Shown in pieces: positions 1 through 16,040 of a stretch of 64,000 bases of DNA. The position numbers and the translations under genes are program-made. The notes under the pieces are model-generated. The model ran no database searches and was not told the DNA's origin. It was given only the letters and a program-made list of their open reading frames with translations. Location: the NCBI RefSeq assembly GCF_009914755.1, contig NC_060947.1; one strand, given 5' to 3'. The stretch's first letter is position 1; each line of letters opens with the position of its first letter. This stretch comes from the human T2T-CHM13v2.0 reference genome, Homo sapiens.

Positions 1-198
1 CACAGGACTCCTCAGCTCTATCTCTGTGGCTTTAACATACATCAGTTTCAGGGTGAGTGCTACCATTGCCCCCCGAGAGTGTTTCTGATGGGACATGCTT
101 TCCTGATAGCACAGGGGATCTTGGGGGACAGAAGGTTCCCAGTAAGGCTAGGGGGCACGTGACAGATTGAGAGTGTGATCATGTTTCCAGGTGAGACC
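1..198 (-). other. PHKA2: PHKA2 3' UTR (partial, continues past the left edge)
   Basis: Follows the TAG stop at 199-201. Confidence 0.9.
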
Positions 199-555
<357 letters not shown>

Positions 556-809
556 CTACCTCTCTGGGCACTGCACTCTGTTATCACGCACCCTAGTTTG
601 TAGCTCCTGACTATAATGAGGACTACTCTGTTGAACTTGACTTTGTGTACAGGGTAAGGGGTTCACCCATGGTCACATGTGTTGCAAGTGGTGGTGTTTG
701 GACGAAAACCTGCATTGAGACAGGCCTATCCATCCCCAAAGGTCTTGAGATTTCCCAAGTGGCCACTGTACCATTTTCTAAGCAAGTGGTTGACATTTTT
801 TCCCCATCA

Positions 810-1118
<309 letters not shown>

Positions 1119-1420
1119 CTACCAAAGGGACAGGCAGGCAACCACCAGTGAGAGGACAGATGCAGCCCTATCAATCAATCACCGAGTAACCAAGGGTGAC
1201 CGTAGCAGTGCCTGGGCTCGGGGCTCAGCGCCACTGCTGCCCCTTTTCTGGCCACTCCCTGGATCCTGCTGGCAGTGGCCCTCAGAGCAGGAGGCTGGAG
1301 TATGCCTCCAGGAGCCAGCCTGTCCTCGCCTGATTTATCTACCCTTCCCCCCATCGACTACAGCTTCCAGGGAGCAGGGACCATTTCTGGTTTCTCTTTC
1401 CTCTTCATTATTCCTTCCAG

Positions 1421-1700
1421 CATGAAGCATGGTGCTTTGGGTGGGGTAAAACTAAAAAAAAATCCATGTTAAAAAGAATGACAAATCACCTAGGGACGAT
1501 TACTGTTTTTAGTTGGAGAAAAGGGCCGAGAAGGCTGCCCATGGGGCAGGCCAGGGTGGCATGGAGATTGGCTCCTTTCTTTCACCAGGGTTCTAAGGGG
1601 TGTCTGGCAAATGCAAAGAGCTTGCTAGCCCAGAAATGCTGAGTCTCAGGTGAAGAAAAAGGCTGATGCCAATAAATGCTGGAAAGACATTTTTGCCAAA
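1421..1700 (+). ncRNA. Candidate terminal exon of an antisense transcript (probably PHKA2-AS1); end approximate
   Basis: Plus-strand polypyrimidine tract and CAG at 1391-1420, AATAAA at 1671-1676; an antisense lncRNA at the PHKA2 3' end is known from memory. Confidence 0.4.
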
Positions 1701-1851
1701 TATGAGGGTGAAGGGGCTAGACAGCTCAGAGCTACAAATGGCCTGTCAATTAGAATGAGCCCAAAAGGAGCACAAGAGGTCAGAGTCCATGCAATGAAGC
1801 CCTTATTGTGAACCCACAGAGGGGCCCGCCTCTGCGTTTTTCTCATCGTAC

Positions 1852-1905
1852 CTCTCGGGTCGTCGAGGATGGGAGGACATAACCATCGATGGAGAGACCG
1901 TGGCA
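1852..1905 (-). CDS. PHKA2: PHKA2 exon 31, CHGLSIDGYVLPSSTTRE
   Basis: AG/GT borders, 54 nt, phase 0-0. Confidence 0.97.
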
Positions 1906-3558
1906 CTGGAGGCAGAATAGAGCGCATTTCAGTCAGATTCCAGAATGGGATAAGCACATGCATGCACACACAGGCGTGCATGCACACACAGCACCCTCTG
2001 CCCTGGAAACCCATATGAGGGCTGGGACACGCCAGACTGTCAGAGTTATTTTTAGAGAGCTTGTTCTCACTGCCCACAGGCTGTGTTTTCGATGGAACAA
2101 TTCTAGGGAACCCAGCAGGCATCTTTCAGATCTCCCCCGAACAATGCCCTAGGGGGCTGCCGAGTCCTCCCGGGAGGCTCCGCATTGTACTTGGCAACTG
2201 GGCCCGGGCGGCTGCGAGGCCCCTTTGGTGCCATAATAAAGGGGGATTTTCATGGCTCCTGCTGGGGAAGGGATGCTTCTGTGCCTTTGCAGGCATCTAT
2301 TTTTGAGATTTCTATAATAAGCACCAATCACAAAAGCCTCCAGCACATGCACAGACATGCACATGCACACCCATGTATATAAATATCGAGTGCCAGCTCA
2401 ACACAAAATGCTTTTTCATAATAGAAATATCTTGGTATTGCGCCAGTGAGTCCGAGCGGAAGCATGTGATGCCCCAGGAAGAGTGGGGAAATTTTCTAGG
2501 AACAGCTTGTTCTAGTCTAACTGGCCACCTTCTAAATCCCAGCACCCCGGCCTGGAGCGTCCCCAGTGGGCTGAGGGCAGAACAGCAGTGGACACTCCCA
2601 CCCCCTTAAGAGAGGCGGGAAGTGGAGCAAGCACCATGAGCCCCTGCAGGATCCTGCCTGGGTCCCAGGAGTCCAGCTGCTCGGGCAGGGCCTGCTCCGA
2701 CCTCCTCACATCCCTCTGCGGTGGCCGTGAGGAATACCTTGGGGCCCATGAAGCACAGGGGCCCCTGTTACAGAAAGAACCTTGAGCAAGTGGTGCCATG
2801 GCTTTGGGAAGGGGGCTGTTGTATGCTGTCACTGGGATTATTTTTTCTCTTCTCTCCCACTGTGAAATGAACTAAAAAATAGTTCTGGGGGGAAAAAAAT
2901 GTCTTGGTTTGCACAGCTTTTAAGCGAGGCACACTGTCCTTCCATTCAAGGGAAAAGACAGGGAGGGCCTGGTGCAGCCCAGGGAGCTGCATAAACTCTC
3001 TCGGGCTGATGCAGAAGGGAGACACTGGGGGGGTACAGAGAATGCTGCCCCCCTCCTTGACAACAGGCGCTCAGGGAGGTGCTCCTGTGCTCAGGTACAG
3101 GCACCACAGTTCCCAGGGACAACAGCTGGGGAGACGTGAACGGCCCCAGGCAGATGGGAAGCGCAACAGCCGGCTGGCTGAGGGGAGTGGGGCCCCAGGG
3201 TGTGAGGGAGATTGTGCCTTCAGGGCACACAGGACCTGGGGCTAAACTGGAAGCTCTCCACCTCTGTACACCTTGGGACTGAACACGGCAGGTACCCTGG
3301 GAGGGTGGGGCTCAGTCACATCGCTGAACAGCAGGGACACTACTCCTGCCTGGATGTGCGGGAGGCTGGGGGGCTGGCCTACTCCAGGCCCCTCCTGAAC
3401 TGTCATTCCAGGTTCCAGGCCTGTAGGTGCTGCTCTGGGTGGTTTTACAGGGTTTTCATCTGAAGCCTCCCAGCCTTTCCCTGTTCTTCTATGTTCCTAA
3501 AATACGTCCAAGTTGGTCCCACACAACCACAACCTAGACTGCCACCTTGTCTTACTTG

Positions 3559-4071
<513 letters not shown>

Positions 4072-5886
4072 TCAGAAGCCACGCAGCAGGTGCCCCAGGG
4101 AAAGTGCGCCATCTCGAAGGGCGGCCCTGCGACCTAGGCACAAATGCCAGAACACCACTCGCCAGAGAGGAACACGGTTCCTCCAGTCCACCTTGTCTGT
4201 TTCCTCATGTGAGATGACTCGCATACTTTGGGTTGATCACTTCATTCCATGTTGCACTCTGCCCTGCCCCCCGAGAGGCAGTCCCACCCCCAAAGCTAGA
4301 ACCCATAAGGAGGAGGCCGAACAGGGCGAGCACGGGCTTGGGGGTCAGACTGCCGGAGTGCTAATCCCCACTCAATGCCAGCGGTGCCAAGGACACACCC
4401 GAGGCCGTCTGGCCCTGCCATGAACACTGATTCTGGGCCTCAGTCTCATCTGCACAGTGGGGACACAGTCAGGCATCCTATAAAGAGCTGCCCGGAAGCC
4501 TTCACCACGTGGAGACACAGAAGCCCCTGAGGCATACCTAGTGTGCGCTAAGTGCCCATGAGGGGCAGCTGTCACCCGCACGTGGCGCCTGTGCCACTGC
4601 AGTGGGAGAGCTTTGAGGGTGACAACGGGCCCTCGGAGCAGGCATCCATGGCTCAGGGAGACAAACTCCATAGTGCCCACTTCATTGCTGCAGTGCCACA
4701 GAGAAGTGACAGACACGTTTCCACAGGACAGGAACCACAGAGAAGGCAATACATGACACGGGGGAAGACAAACAGTGAAGCCCGCGTTTAGTGGCGAGGA
4801 CCTCGCAGATCAGGGTCCATCCACCCACCCTTTGCAATCCCATTTCCGGCTTTCCCTATTCTTGGCACTGGGCTTTATCTTAATTTGGGGCAATGGCTGC
4901 CTCTGAACTGGGGCTGACTTTGCTGAAGTGAGGGAAGAGGGCGCCATCTCCTTCCCACCTCAACATTGGCTGGACTGATTCAGGCTCCAGAGGGGGACAC
5001 TGTCTGAGAGGCTCCCCACCGCTGGCGGGGCGGGCCTCTGTGAGTGGGGGCGCATCCCCTCCCTGCGGCAAAGCTCCCAGCCTTCTGTCTTGCCCTGCGG
5101 GGCTTCTAGCTTCGAGACCTCCAGGTCGAGAAGGGATAACCTTCACTCTCACACATCTCTTTGCCTGGGACTATCTGGCACTTTTGTTTCTCGATAGTGC
5201 CACACATCAAATGTGCACAGTCAAATGTAAAGGGTTAAAGTGAAATCCTGAAGTGTGCTAGCAGGGCAGGAGGTGGAGCTCTCCTTTCTGCAGCAGTTGG
5301 ATTTCAACAGATCTTATTTTGAAAAGGCAGTTCGGCTGGGTTATTCCATTGGGCTCATTACTGCCACTTAAGGCAACAATTAGACACAAATAAAAGTAAT
5401 TACAGCTGCACTCCTCAATGACTCAGCTGATCCGGGCCCTCCAGTTTCAGGAGGAAGATTCAGCCTCTGCTCTGCGGTGAGCTCAATCCGAGCCCTGCAC
5501 GAGATCTGGGGCATGGCAGGTGCAGAGTGCTAGTTGGCACATGTGGGCAAGGGCTCACCATCCTGGCTCCATAAAGAGGCATGGAACTAATGCCCCGAAG
5601 TTTCCAGAAGCTCTGGGAATTGGTGAGAAGGAAACTCCTCACCCACACTGTGCCAAGGAGCACAGGCAGAGAACTGAGAGCTTAAGACGGAGAACAAAGC
5701 TCAGGGCAAGCACTTTGGGGCCTTCTTTCTACCCTCCTCAGAATTCCAGTTGGAGGAGCCTGTGAGCATCCCGCTGAAAACACTTCAGCCCTGCTCGAAT
5801 CCTCAGAAGTTGGGCATGAGGTGGGAGCATGAGGAAGGACGCGAGGAGGAGCGGGGACGGACACAATAATCCCGAGGCACTGTTAC

Positions 5887-5940
5887 CGCAGACTTGGAGG
5901 AATGCGCACTGCTGGACGCGGCCTGGCCCACAGAAAAGAA
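5887..5940 (-). CDS. PHKA2: PHKA2 exon 29, FFSVGQAASSSAHSSKSA
   Basis: Polypyrimidine tract plus AG at 5941-5942, GT at 5885-5886, 54 nt. Confidence 0.96.
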
Positions 5941-7383
5941 CTACAAAACAAAAAGAATCCACTCAGTTGACAGCAATGACACCAAGAGACACAGCAGAGA
6001 GGAGGGTCATGGAGCAGCATCCGAAACACCCACAGAAAGCAGCAGCAGAGAATGCGGGCGCAGAGAAGGTGCCACAGCAACGCACATAGGCAAGCTCAGG
6101 TGCAGGGGCACCTGCAAGCACCGCTCTGGGCTTCGACTCCACGTGAAACTTACTAACTGCTCTTTTTAAAAACATGAACTGTTACCATTGAATGTAAACA
6201 TTAAATGTTCCTGTCATATGTGGAGGGTGCATCATCAAGTTAGGACACTATTTATTTTCCAAACTCACAGCCATGAAATGCTCACATTTTATGGTAAGAA
6301 TTGTGAAAATCTACAGATGAACCAAATACCTACAGCTGACACTAACATGCTGCACCTAACATTCAGTAGATATTCATTAAATGAATGAATATGATGATCG
6401 GGCTGATACCTTTGGCCACATAAGTATTTCCTCGTCTAAAATCTAGAATGTACCCTTAATTTGCAAGGGTACAGTGTGCTATCTACAAGGTATTCTTACA
6501 AAAGAGACTAGAGATTGAAAATACCATAACACCTATTACATTTTTGGAACAAATAATATGTTCCTTGACGTAAGTGGTCAAAGTTTGTACTAGCTAGGTG
6601 ACTCTAAGCCCAGCAAAGAACAGAGGTGATCACTTCATCCCCGTAACACGCAAGAACAGCATGAAATAGAGGCGGAAGGAACCACTCAGATTCACCCACG
6701 GTCAGGCCATCGGGATGCGGGGACAGAGGGACGGTGCCACCGAGTGGCTGGCAAGGGAAGATGTTTGAAAAGGCAGTTCCCTACTTGGAAACAGCATAAA
6801 CTAGGAGAGATAAAGCATGTTTTACCTCTGGGCAACATGTGGAATCGGCCTTTACATGTCATTAAGATGTCTCTAGGCTCTTGTGGTAATACACATCAAA
6901 ATATTAGAAATGCGACTCCAGTGTCCCAGAGGGGGGTGGAGAACATATGTCACCAGGGTGATATAAAAGAAGAGCACCCTTACATGTTTTTCCTTCCAGG
7001 GTTAAGTCCCCCCAGGCGATCTGAGGACAGGAATAGCAGCATTCTTTCTACTGATATAACCAATGACCGCATTTCCCCCCCATTTAGTTTTCTATTTAGT
7101 TCCCTCTTTTTGAATAGAAACTCCCACTGAGGCAGAGCCTGGATGATCTCTTTCACAAAGTACCCTACAAAGCCCAAGAGTTTGAGAAACAGATTATTTT
7201 TAAAGGCATGGGGCAAGGTCGTCTCTCCTGCCCTCGAGTCCTGCTCTCTGCCTGTGCCCCAGCCCGTTTGCTGGATAGAGCCGCCCTCTACACATTCACA
7301 CGCTGCGGAGTCACAGCCTCACTTTCCACATTCAAGCCAGAAAGAACAGGAAGTAAAGGACGAACAAGGCAAAGGGGTGTCAC

Positions 7384-7413
7384 CTGTTCATCAGCACTAA
7401 ACCGCCTAGTCAT
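7384..7413 (-). CDS. PHKA2: PHKA2 exon 28, 30-nt microexon MTRRFSADEQ (RRFS PKA-type site)
   Basis: AG at 7414-7415, GT at 7382-7383; fills the expected protein gap exactly. Confidence 0.96.
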
Positions 7414-8114
7414 CTGAAAGCAAAAATACATCAGGAAATCAAAACCAGCTTTGAGCCAAGAACGCGTGCTTCTTCTATTGCCCTCTCTCTTAATCCAGGG
7501 CCGTGTTGGTCAAACCGCAGGGGGTGACCCATGAGTGCATCATGGACTCCATTTAGTGGGTCATGAACAGCATTTAAAATGGAGCAGAAAATTCGAGTGC
7601 ATTTCTCATGGTCAGAGGGAAACTCTTTCCCAGCATGGATCCTGGGCAAGGCCTAGCACAGCACCCAGCACGTTAAGACTCCGATGTTGAGCTGTGGCCC
7701 TGTGCGGTCAGTTCAAAAGGATTTTTTTTTTTTTTTTTTTTACCAGGAATTAAAGGTGAACTAAGAAAAGAGACCCCTGTGGCTGGTGGAGAATCCAAGT
7801 ATCATGGGCATTCTGGTCTATTTCCAGAGCCCTCTTGCTATTTCGTTTGAAGGACACAGATGATTCGGTGACTTTTTGCATGACTCTACTTTTTCAATGG
7901 CTGTGGCCCACTCCTAAGAGTGGTTCTCGGGAACAGAGGCAAACATGGACAAGGGTATTTTCTGGAACGTTCATGAGAACATCACGTTAAGGTTAAGGAT
8001 GAGTGGGTAAGGGTGCGCATGACCGGCTCTGGAATATCTATCTGGGGACAGGGGTGTGTTCAGATCCCAGACAGAAGGGACCTCCCACTCTACAGACAGT
8101 GGGCTGCAGCCTCA

Positions 8115-8345
<231 letters not shown>

Positions 8346-8481
8346 TCAGGAACTCTACAGCATCCAACCCGAGGCAGGATCTGCCCCTGTCTCCCCCACT
8401 TGACAATGAGGGCCTTCTCTGCCTGGCCAGCGCTGTGTCTCCAGCACCGAGAGCAGCACAGGTGCAGCACTCAGCTCTTAA

Positions 8482-9150
<669 letters not shown>

Positions 9151-9180
9151 TTGCTTTTGGATAAGTAAAAAATTATTCTA

Positions 9181-9670
<490 letters not shown>

Positions 9671-11784
9671 CCCAAAGCACACCTTCCTTGTAGAAAACTG
9701 AGACCACTGAACTACAGAAGCTAGAACTAACATCTCTTGATATTTTAGTCATGATTCTTCCAGTTTTTTTCCCTATGACTGTGTATGTTTTTAACTAACA
9801 AAACAGTACCATCACATACATACGTATAGATACAGAAACATGAGATGGATACATACATTCTGTGGTATGGTTCTGTGACCTGCCTTTTTGTACTTGTATC
9901 GTGAATGTCTCTCCCTGGCATTAAATATTCTATCACATCATGTTTCATGACCGCATGGAGTTTGATCTGGTGAGTGTTGACTGGTCAACAATATACCCAA
10001 TCCTATTTGTATTAATATTTTTCTAAAGGGTTCGTCATGACTAATGTGTAGGACCCACATGGACCTTGCTGGGCTCTGTCCCCAGTCCCGTGTGACTCTC
10101 GGAATGCCCCTGGAAAATGACAAAACTGCTGTGGGCCCGAGGGGCTGGCACCCCGGGCAGCTGTGGCCGTGGGCTGGATGATCCAGAGGGCCTCCTGGTG
10201 CCAGGCCCTGTCTGGGCAGCAGATGCAGGTGTGAATGCAGGAGAATTCAGTGCCACAGCGGGGTCTGGAGGAGAGCCCATGCCCAGGCCTGAGGGCAAGG
10301 TGCCAAATGAAATGAAGGTGGCAGCTGGAGAAGGGCCTCGGGCTGGAGGGGGAAGTGCTAGGAAAGCCAGGCTGCCAGGGGCTGGAGGTGGAGGCAACCA
10401 GAGGCCACTGATGCACTGCACCAGGCCACCACCTCTCACTCCCAACCTATCGCACCAGCCTCGGGGCTCAAACCGGTCCCTAGCCCCACCACCCACAAGC
10501 CTGGCCTCTGTGCTGTGGTAACAGCAATCATTCTAAAAGGCAAGTGTGATCGTATCACTGCCCACTCCAAAGCCTCCCAGGTCTAGCTGTCTTCAGGACA
10601 AAGGCCAAACAGTCCTCCCAGCATCACCTGAAACTCTACCAACTCGAGCCCTACCTCCCCTCAACTCCCGGCCACCTGCACCGCACTGGGCATCTGCCTG
10701 TGCTGGAAGGCCAGGCCCAGCTCAAAGGTCACCTCCTCGGGCAGCATCCCCTGCAAGCCTCACCATCCCACCTGACCCCAATGGAGCCATGGGAGTGGAG
10801 GGCACTGTGCAGGAGGAGTAGTGACAAATAAGGAACTTGGGGACAAGAACATTTAAAGGACAGCAGAGAGGCAGGAGCCCATAAGGGAGACTCAGTGATG
10901 AGCTGGGGAGGGAGGACAGACCCAGGAAAGTGGAAAACAGAAGGAGAAGGGTCTGGAAGCTACAAGAGGGGCTGTCTGGGGTGGGTGTTCGCTGGAAACA
11001 TTTATCTCAGACATCTCAGGATTAAATCAAAATTCTAAGCCTATTTGGGCTTCCTAATTTACAAAAATTGAGCAATTACAAAGGACAGCTAACAAATGAT
11101 GTTATATGTTAAAAAGACAGCATGTCTTCTGCTCTTGCTTGCAATCGCACATATTTATGACTTTCAAATGACATTACTCAGTTCCTAGTTTCATAGCATC
11201 TATAGCTGTACATCTAATGACAAATTTTTAGTAATTATCTGTGTCAAGCCATGAATACTATAATGATGAGCAGAACACATTAAATATTTATCTCGTACAT
11301 TACCATTTCAAGGACTCTGCCTTGGAAAGAACTGGAAATTACTTTTGCAAAAGCATTCTGAGCACCCCTCCTTCGGGAAAGGAGAAAAACCACCAAAACA
11401 CATCTGACTGCACGATGCTGTCTTTGTTTGCAGCCAGCACATGCTCAGGAAACATACAAAGTACCCAATGTCCTTCTTATTAAATAATAAAGGAATGATA
11501 GCCCACAGTGCATTTCTTTGGCTTGATGAAATAAATTCACCAACGTGCCTGCAAATCATTTAGCTTTTTTATGAGGAGGAGAAATGATAATTGCTTCAAT
11601 TATAATTAGGGAACATTTGAGAACAAGAATCACGCCAGGACTTGGGTGATTATGTTTCCCAGCACTGCAAGCAGGGTTCCGGTTCAGATAAAAACAGAGT
11701 GAGCGAGGCAGGACAAAGCAAAATAAGTTAGCTCGAGCATGCTGAGGTCACAGAGGGGTCTCCTCCCTGCCCTGTGGAGGGTGA

Positions 11785-12188
<404 letters not shown>

Positions 12189-12471
12189 AACACTTTTGCG
12201 TAAGTGATGGTGCCAGGTGCTTACGACTACAGGAGGCGGTATACCACACCCACATGCTGTGCCAACCTGGGCAAGAAAAGCTCGCCCAGCACACTGCGAG
12301 CAAGTCTCAAAGCCCCCAAAGCAGGAAGCTTGAGCCTAGGACTCTGTCCATCTCCTTCAGGTAGGAGCCTTCTCTTCCCACATTCGCTATGCCCCACAGT
12401 GCTGGTTCTAATGTCTGCTGCATGTAAAGGAGGCAGCTCCCTGAAGACGTTAACAGGAGCATGGAACTTAC

Positions 12472-12573
12472 CACTTCTTTCAACGCCAAACTCTTTCCCA
12501 CTTAGAATATGGTGCAGGAGATTTTTCATATCGAAAGGGCTGAGGTTCATCAAACTTTCAGAAGCCTCTTCTC
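12472..12573 (-). CDS. PHKA2: PHKA2 exon 26, (G)[10 protein letters not shown]...GVERS
   Basis: AG/GT borders, 102 nt. Confidence 0.97.
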
Positions 12574-13208
12574 CTAAAAACAAATATCTTGTAAGTGTCC
12601 CAAACACAGGGCTGGTGGCGGGTAAAGGTAGGGTCAGGTGGACGTGGGTGGGGAGGGAGGTGATAGCAGATGCCATGGCAGGTCCCCCTGTTCAGGAGAA
12701 CCTCACTATTGCTTTGGGGCTGAAATGCACTGTTCCGTGGGGATTCTAAATGCTGCCGTTTAAATCATGTATCTGCTTAATTCTTAGACACATGATGTTT
12801 CACAATGTATGATCCCCAACGTTGGATGTCTCATGATGGATTTTTATATTCAAATTGGTAGGGTTTCTCCCAGTGAAGGTGTTATAAAATGGGGGTGACA
12901 TCTCATAGCAAGGGCATCCAGGAAGGAGCTTAGATGTCGGGTACAGGGCGGAAGATTCCACATCGCCTTTGAGGCTATAATGGTAAACATCACCAGAGCC
13001 CCATTCTCCCTGACTTATGAACTTCAGCTCTATGCCGCATGGATGGGAGTTCCATCTAAATGAGAGAAGCTGGTAAGGCCTGAGCTTGCCACAGGCTTGG
13101 ATGCTGGGTTCGAGATAACCTAAGCAGTTCTTCCCCTGAGAGTGGAGGCCGTGGCCGGGTGGTTGGGGTGGGGTGCGGCGGGAGCTGCAGGAGCTGCGGG
13201 CATCTCAC

Positions 13209-13338
13209 CTGAGCAGTTCAGGCTCCGTGCCAGCTCCGTGGCCATCACCTGAATGATCAGTCCAATCCGGAGTCTCAGCATCTCCACAAAGAGGCTGGGC
13301 TGCGCCCTGACATACATGGCCAGGTAAACCACAATCTC
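13209..13338 (-). CDS. PHKA2: PHKA2 exon 25, EIVVYLAM...SLNCS
   Basis: AG/GT borders, 130 nt. Confidence 0.97.
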
Positions 13339-13449
13339 CTGAGGCAGACACACACGGAGATAGGGTTTCAGAGACAGGGTGAGTGGCTGAAGGGTCCCCT
13401 CCACTCTGAGGAAGGCTGTGGCCCGACCCCTCCCACACCAGCCCCAGAC

Positions 13450-13528
13450 CTGCGTGAGGACGGCAATGCTGATGTCCTGCCCACTGGCCTCGTAGATGAG
13501 TTTTGTGAGCTCCTCTGGGGGAAGGGGC
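13450..13528 (-). CDS. PHKA2: PHKA2 exon 24, PLPPEEL...AVLTQ
   Basis: AG/GT borders, 79 nt. Confidence 0.97.
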
Positions 13529-13730
13529 CTAGAAAGGAGCATTGTGTCACGAATGTGATGAGGTGTCTTGAGACAGTGCCTCCTCGCCCTCCATGGAACA
13601 CCCTTATTTTCTGTGCTAGACGCATCCATGTGACAGAGTGTCTTTAAAAAGCCCCTCCTCCGAACACTGGGAAGCGCTGTTTTCCCCATGGCTCCCCCGC
13701 AAACCTGAGGTCCCCAAGGCTGAGGACTTA

Positions 13731-13901
<171 letters not shown>

Positions 13902-14520
13902 TCAGATCGTACATTTACCTTTACAAACTTAGTGACCCATGTTGCCCTTGATCTGAAAAATTCATACCTAGACCCCAGACTAAGCAACCCAGACAGGGAT
14001 GGGTGTCTGTGGTCTCTGTCTCCAATGTGTGGCCCCAAGCCTGGCTCCGAAGGGCCCGTCAGTGGGCGTTTAATGCCCATCCACTAGCAAACACATTGGA
14101 CTCCCTGCTATTGAGTGAGACAGGGATGAGTCCGAAGATACCGATGGTAAGAGTTAATAACCATATTCAATTCCTAAGTTACCCGTTTCCCCATTATTCA
14201 CATCTAATAAATGCCATCATCTTACCATCATGACACTGAACTCGAGTGTCTTAGAAAGCAGCTCTGGATTTTGCCTGGCCTTGGGGTTATAAATATTAAT
14301 GATCACTGTACTGTGGATGTGTGAAAAAAAGAGAGCTCTAAGAGGCTGCCAGGCCACAGAGCACTTTCATTTGATTTCCTGGCGAGACTTTTTCCGTAGC
14401 CAAGAAAGAACAAAACCAATCCACTTGCATTTCCTTCCCTCTGCTCGCCTTCCTGGAGCAGCAGGCAGGCAGGAGAGAAGGGCCCGCTCCACCTGTGGGT
14501 TAAAGAATGGGGCTCCTTCA

Positions 14521-14937
<417 letters not shown>

Positions 14938-15157
14938 CTAACATCAGGACGTGGTGGCCTCCTGGCCTCACATAGCCTTCTCATGCTGGGGGACCAGCAT
15001 CAGTAGGCAGAGAAGGGGATGGAAGTCTCATTCCTGGTGATCCTGGGTAACTGGGGTGAATATAATCATGACCTGGGCTGGCTAGAAGGCCAAGAATACT
15101 ACGGAAAAAATTAAGGAGAACTGAGAAAGCTTAGCCTAGTAAAGACCATAAACTTAC

Positions 15158-15509
15158 TGCTACGGCTTGAATGTCTGTTTTCCCCCAATTCCTATGTTGA
15201 AATCTTAACCCCCACAATGATGACATTAGGAGGTGGGGACTTTGGGAGGTCATCAGGTCAGAGGGCAGAGCCCTCCTGAAGGAAATGAGTGCCCTTATAA
15301 AAACAATGCCAGAGAGCTCACTCGCCCCTTCCACCATGTCAGGATGCAATGAGAAGATGCCATCTATGAGAAAACAGGCCTTCCCAGACATCAAATCGGC
15401 CTTGAGTTTCAACTTCCCAGCCTCCGGAACTGTGAGAAATTCATTTCTGTTGTTCCTAAGCCAATCTGTTCATGGTATTTTGTTATAACTGCCCGAATGG
15501 ACTCAGACA
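15158..15509 (+). mobile_element. MLT1A/MLT1A0 solo LTR (ERVL-MaLR)
   Basis: TG...CA termini, MLT1A consensus motifs, perfect 5-bp TSD CTTAC at 15153-15157 and 15510-15514. Confidence 0.9.
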
Positions 15510-15513
15510 CTTA

Positions 15514-15765
<252 letters not shown>

Positions 15766-16040
15766 TCAATGACTTTTTGTACCTCTTTATTTATAGGCTT
15801 TTACTATTTTTGATCAGTGAATCACTGTGCTGGTCAACATTTGCAAGAGACTGGACTGAATAGGTTAAAATATATGTGAGTTTTATTTATGGAAGGTTCA
15901 CAGACCAGTAGAACTAACCTCTGGTGTTAGGAATCATGACAGCAGTTATCTCTGGACCAGAAAAGGAGAAAGAGATGGGAGGGGGGCACAGAAGGTGGTC
16001 ATTGATCCAGGTATACTGGCTTGGTGATCATTCATTGAGC

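Noticed and set aside
12780-12860. Possible C/D box snoRNA (repeated ATGAT motifs)
   Set aside because: Opposite strand to the host gene; no convincing C/D box pair with terminal stem
13150-13200. G-quadruplex candidate
   Set aside because: Fewer than four clean G3 tracts
12571-13341. NAGNAG tandem acceptors at exon 26 (TAG GAG) and exon 25 (CAG GAG)
   Set aside because: Distal GAG acceptors are rarely used; no other support
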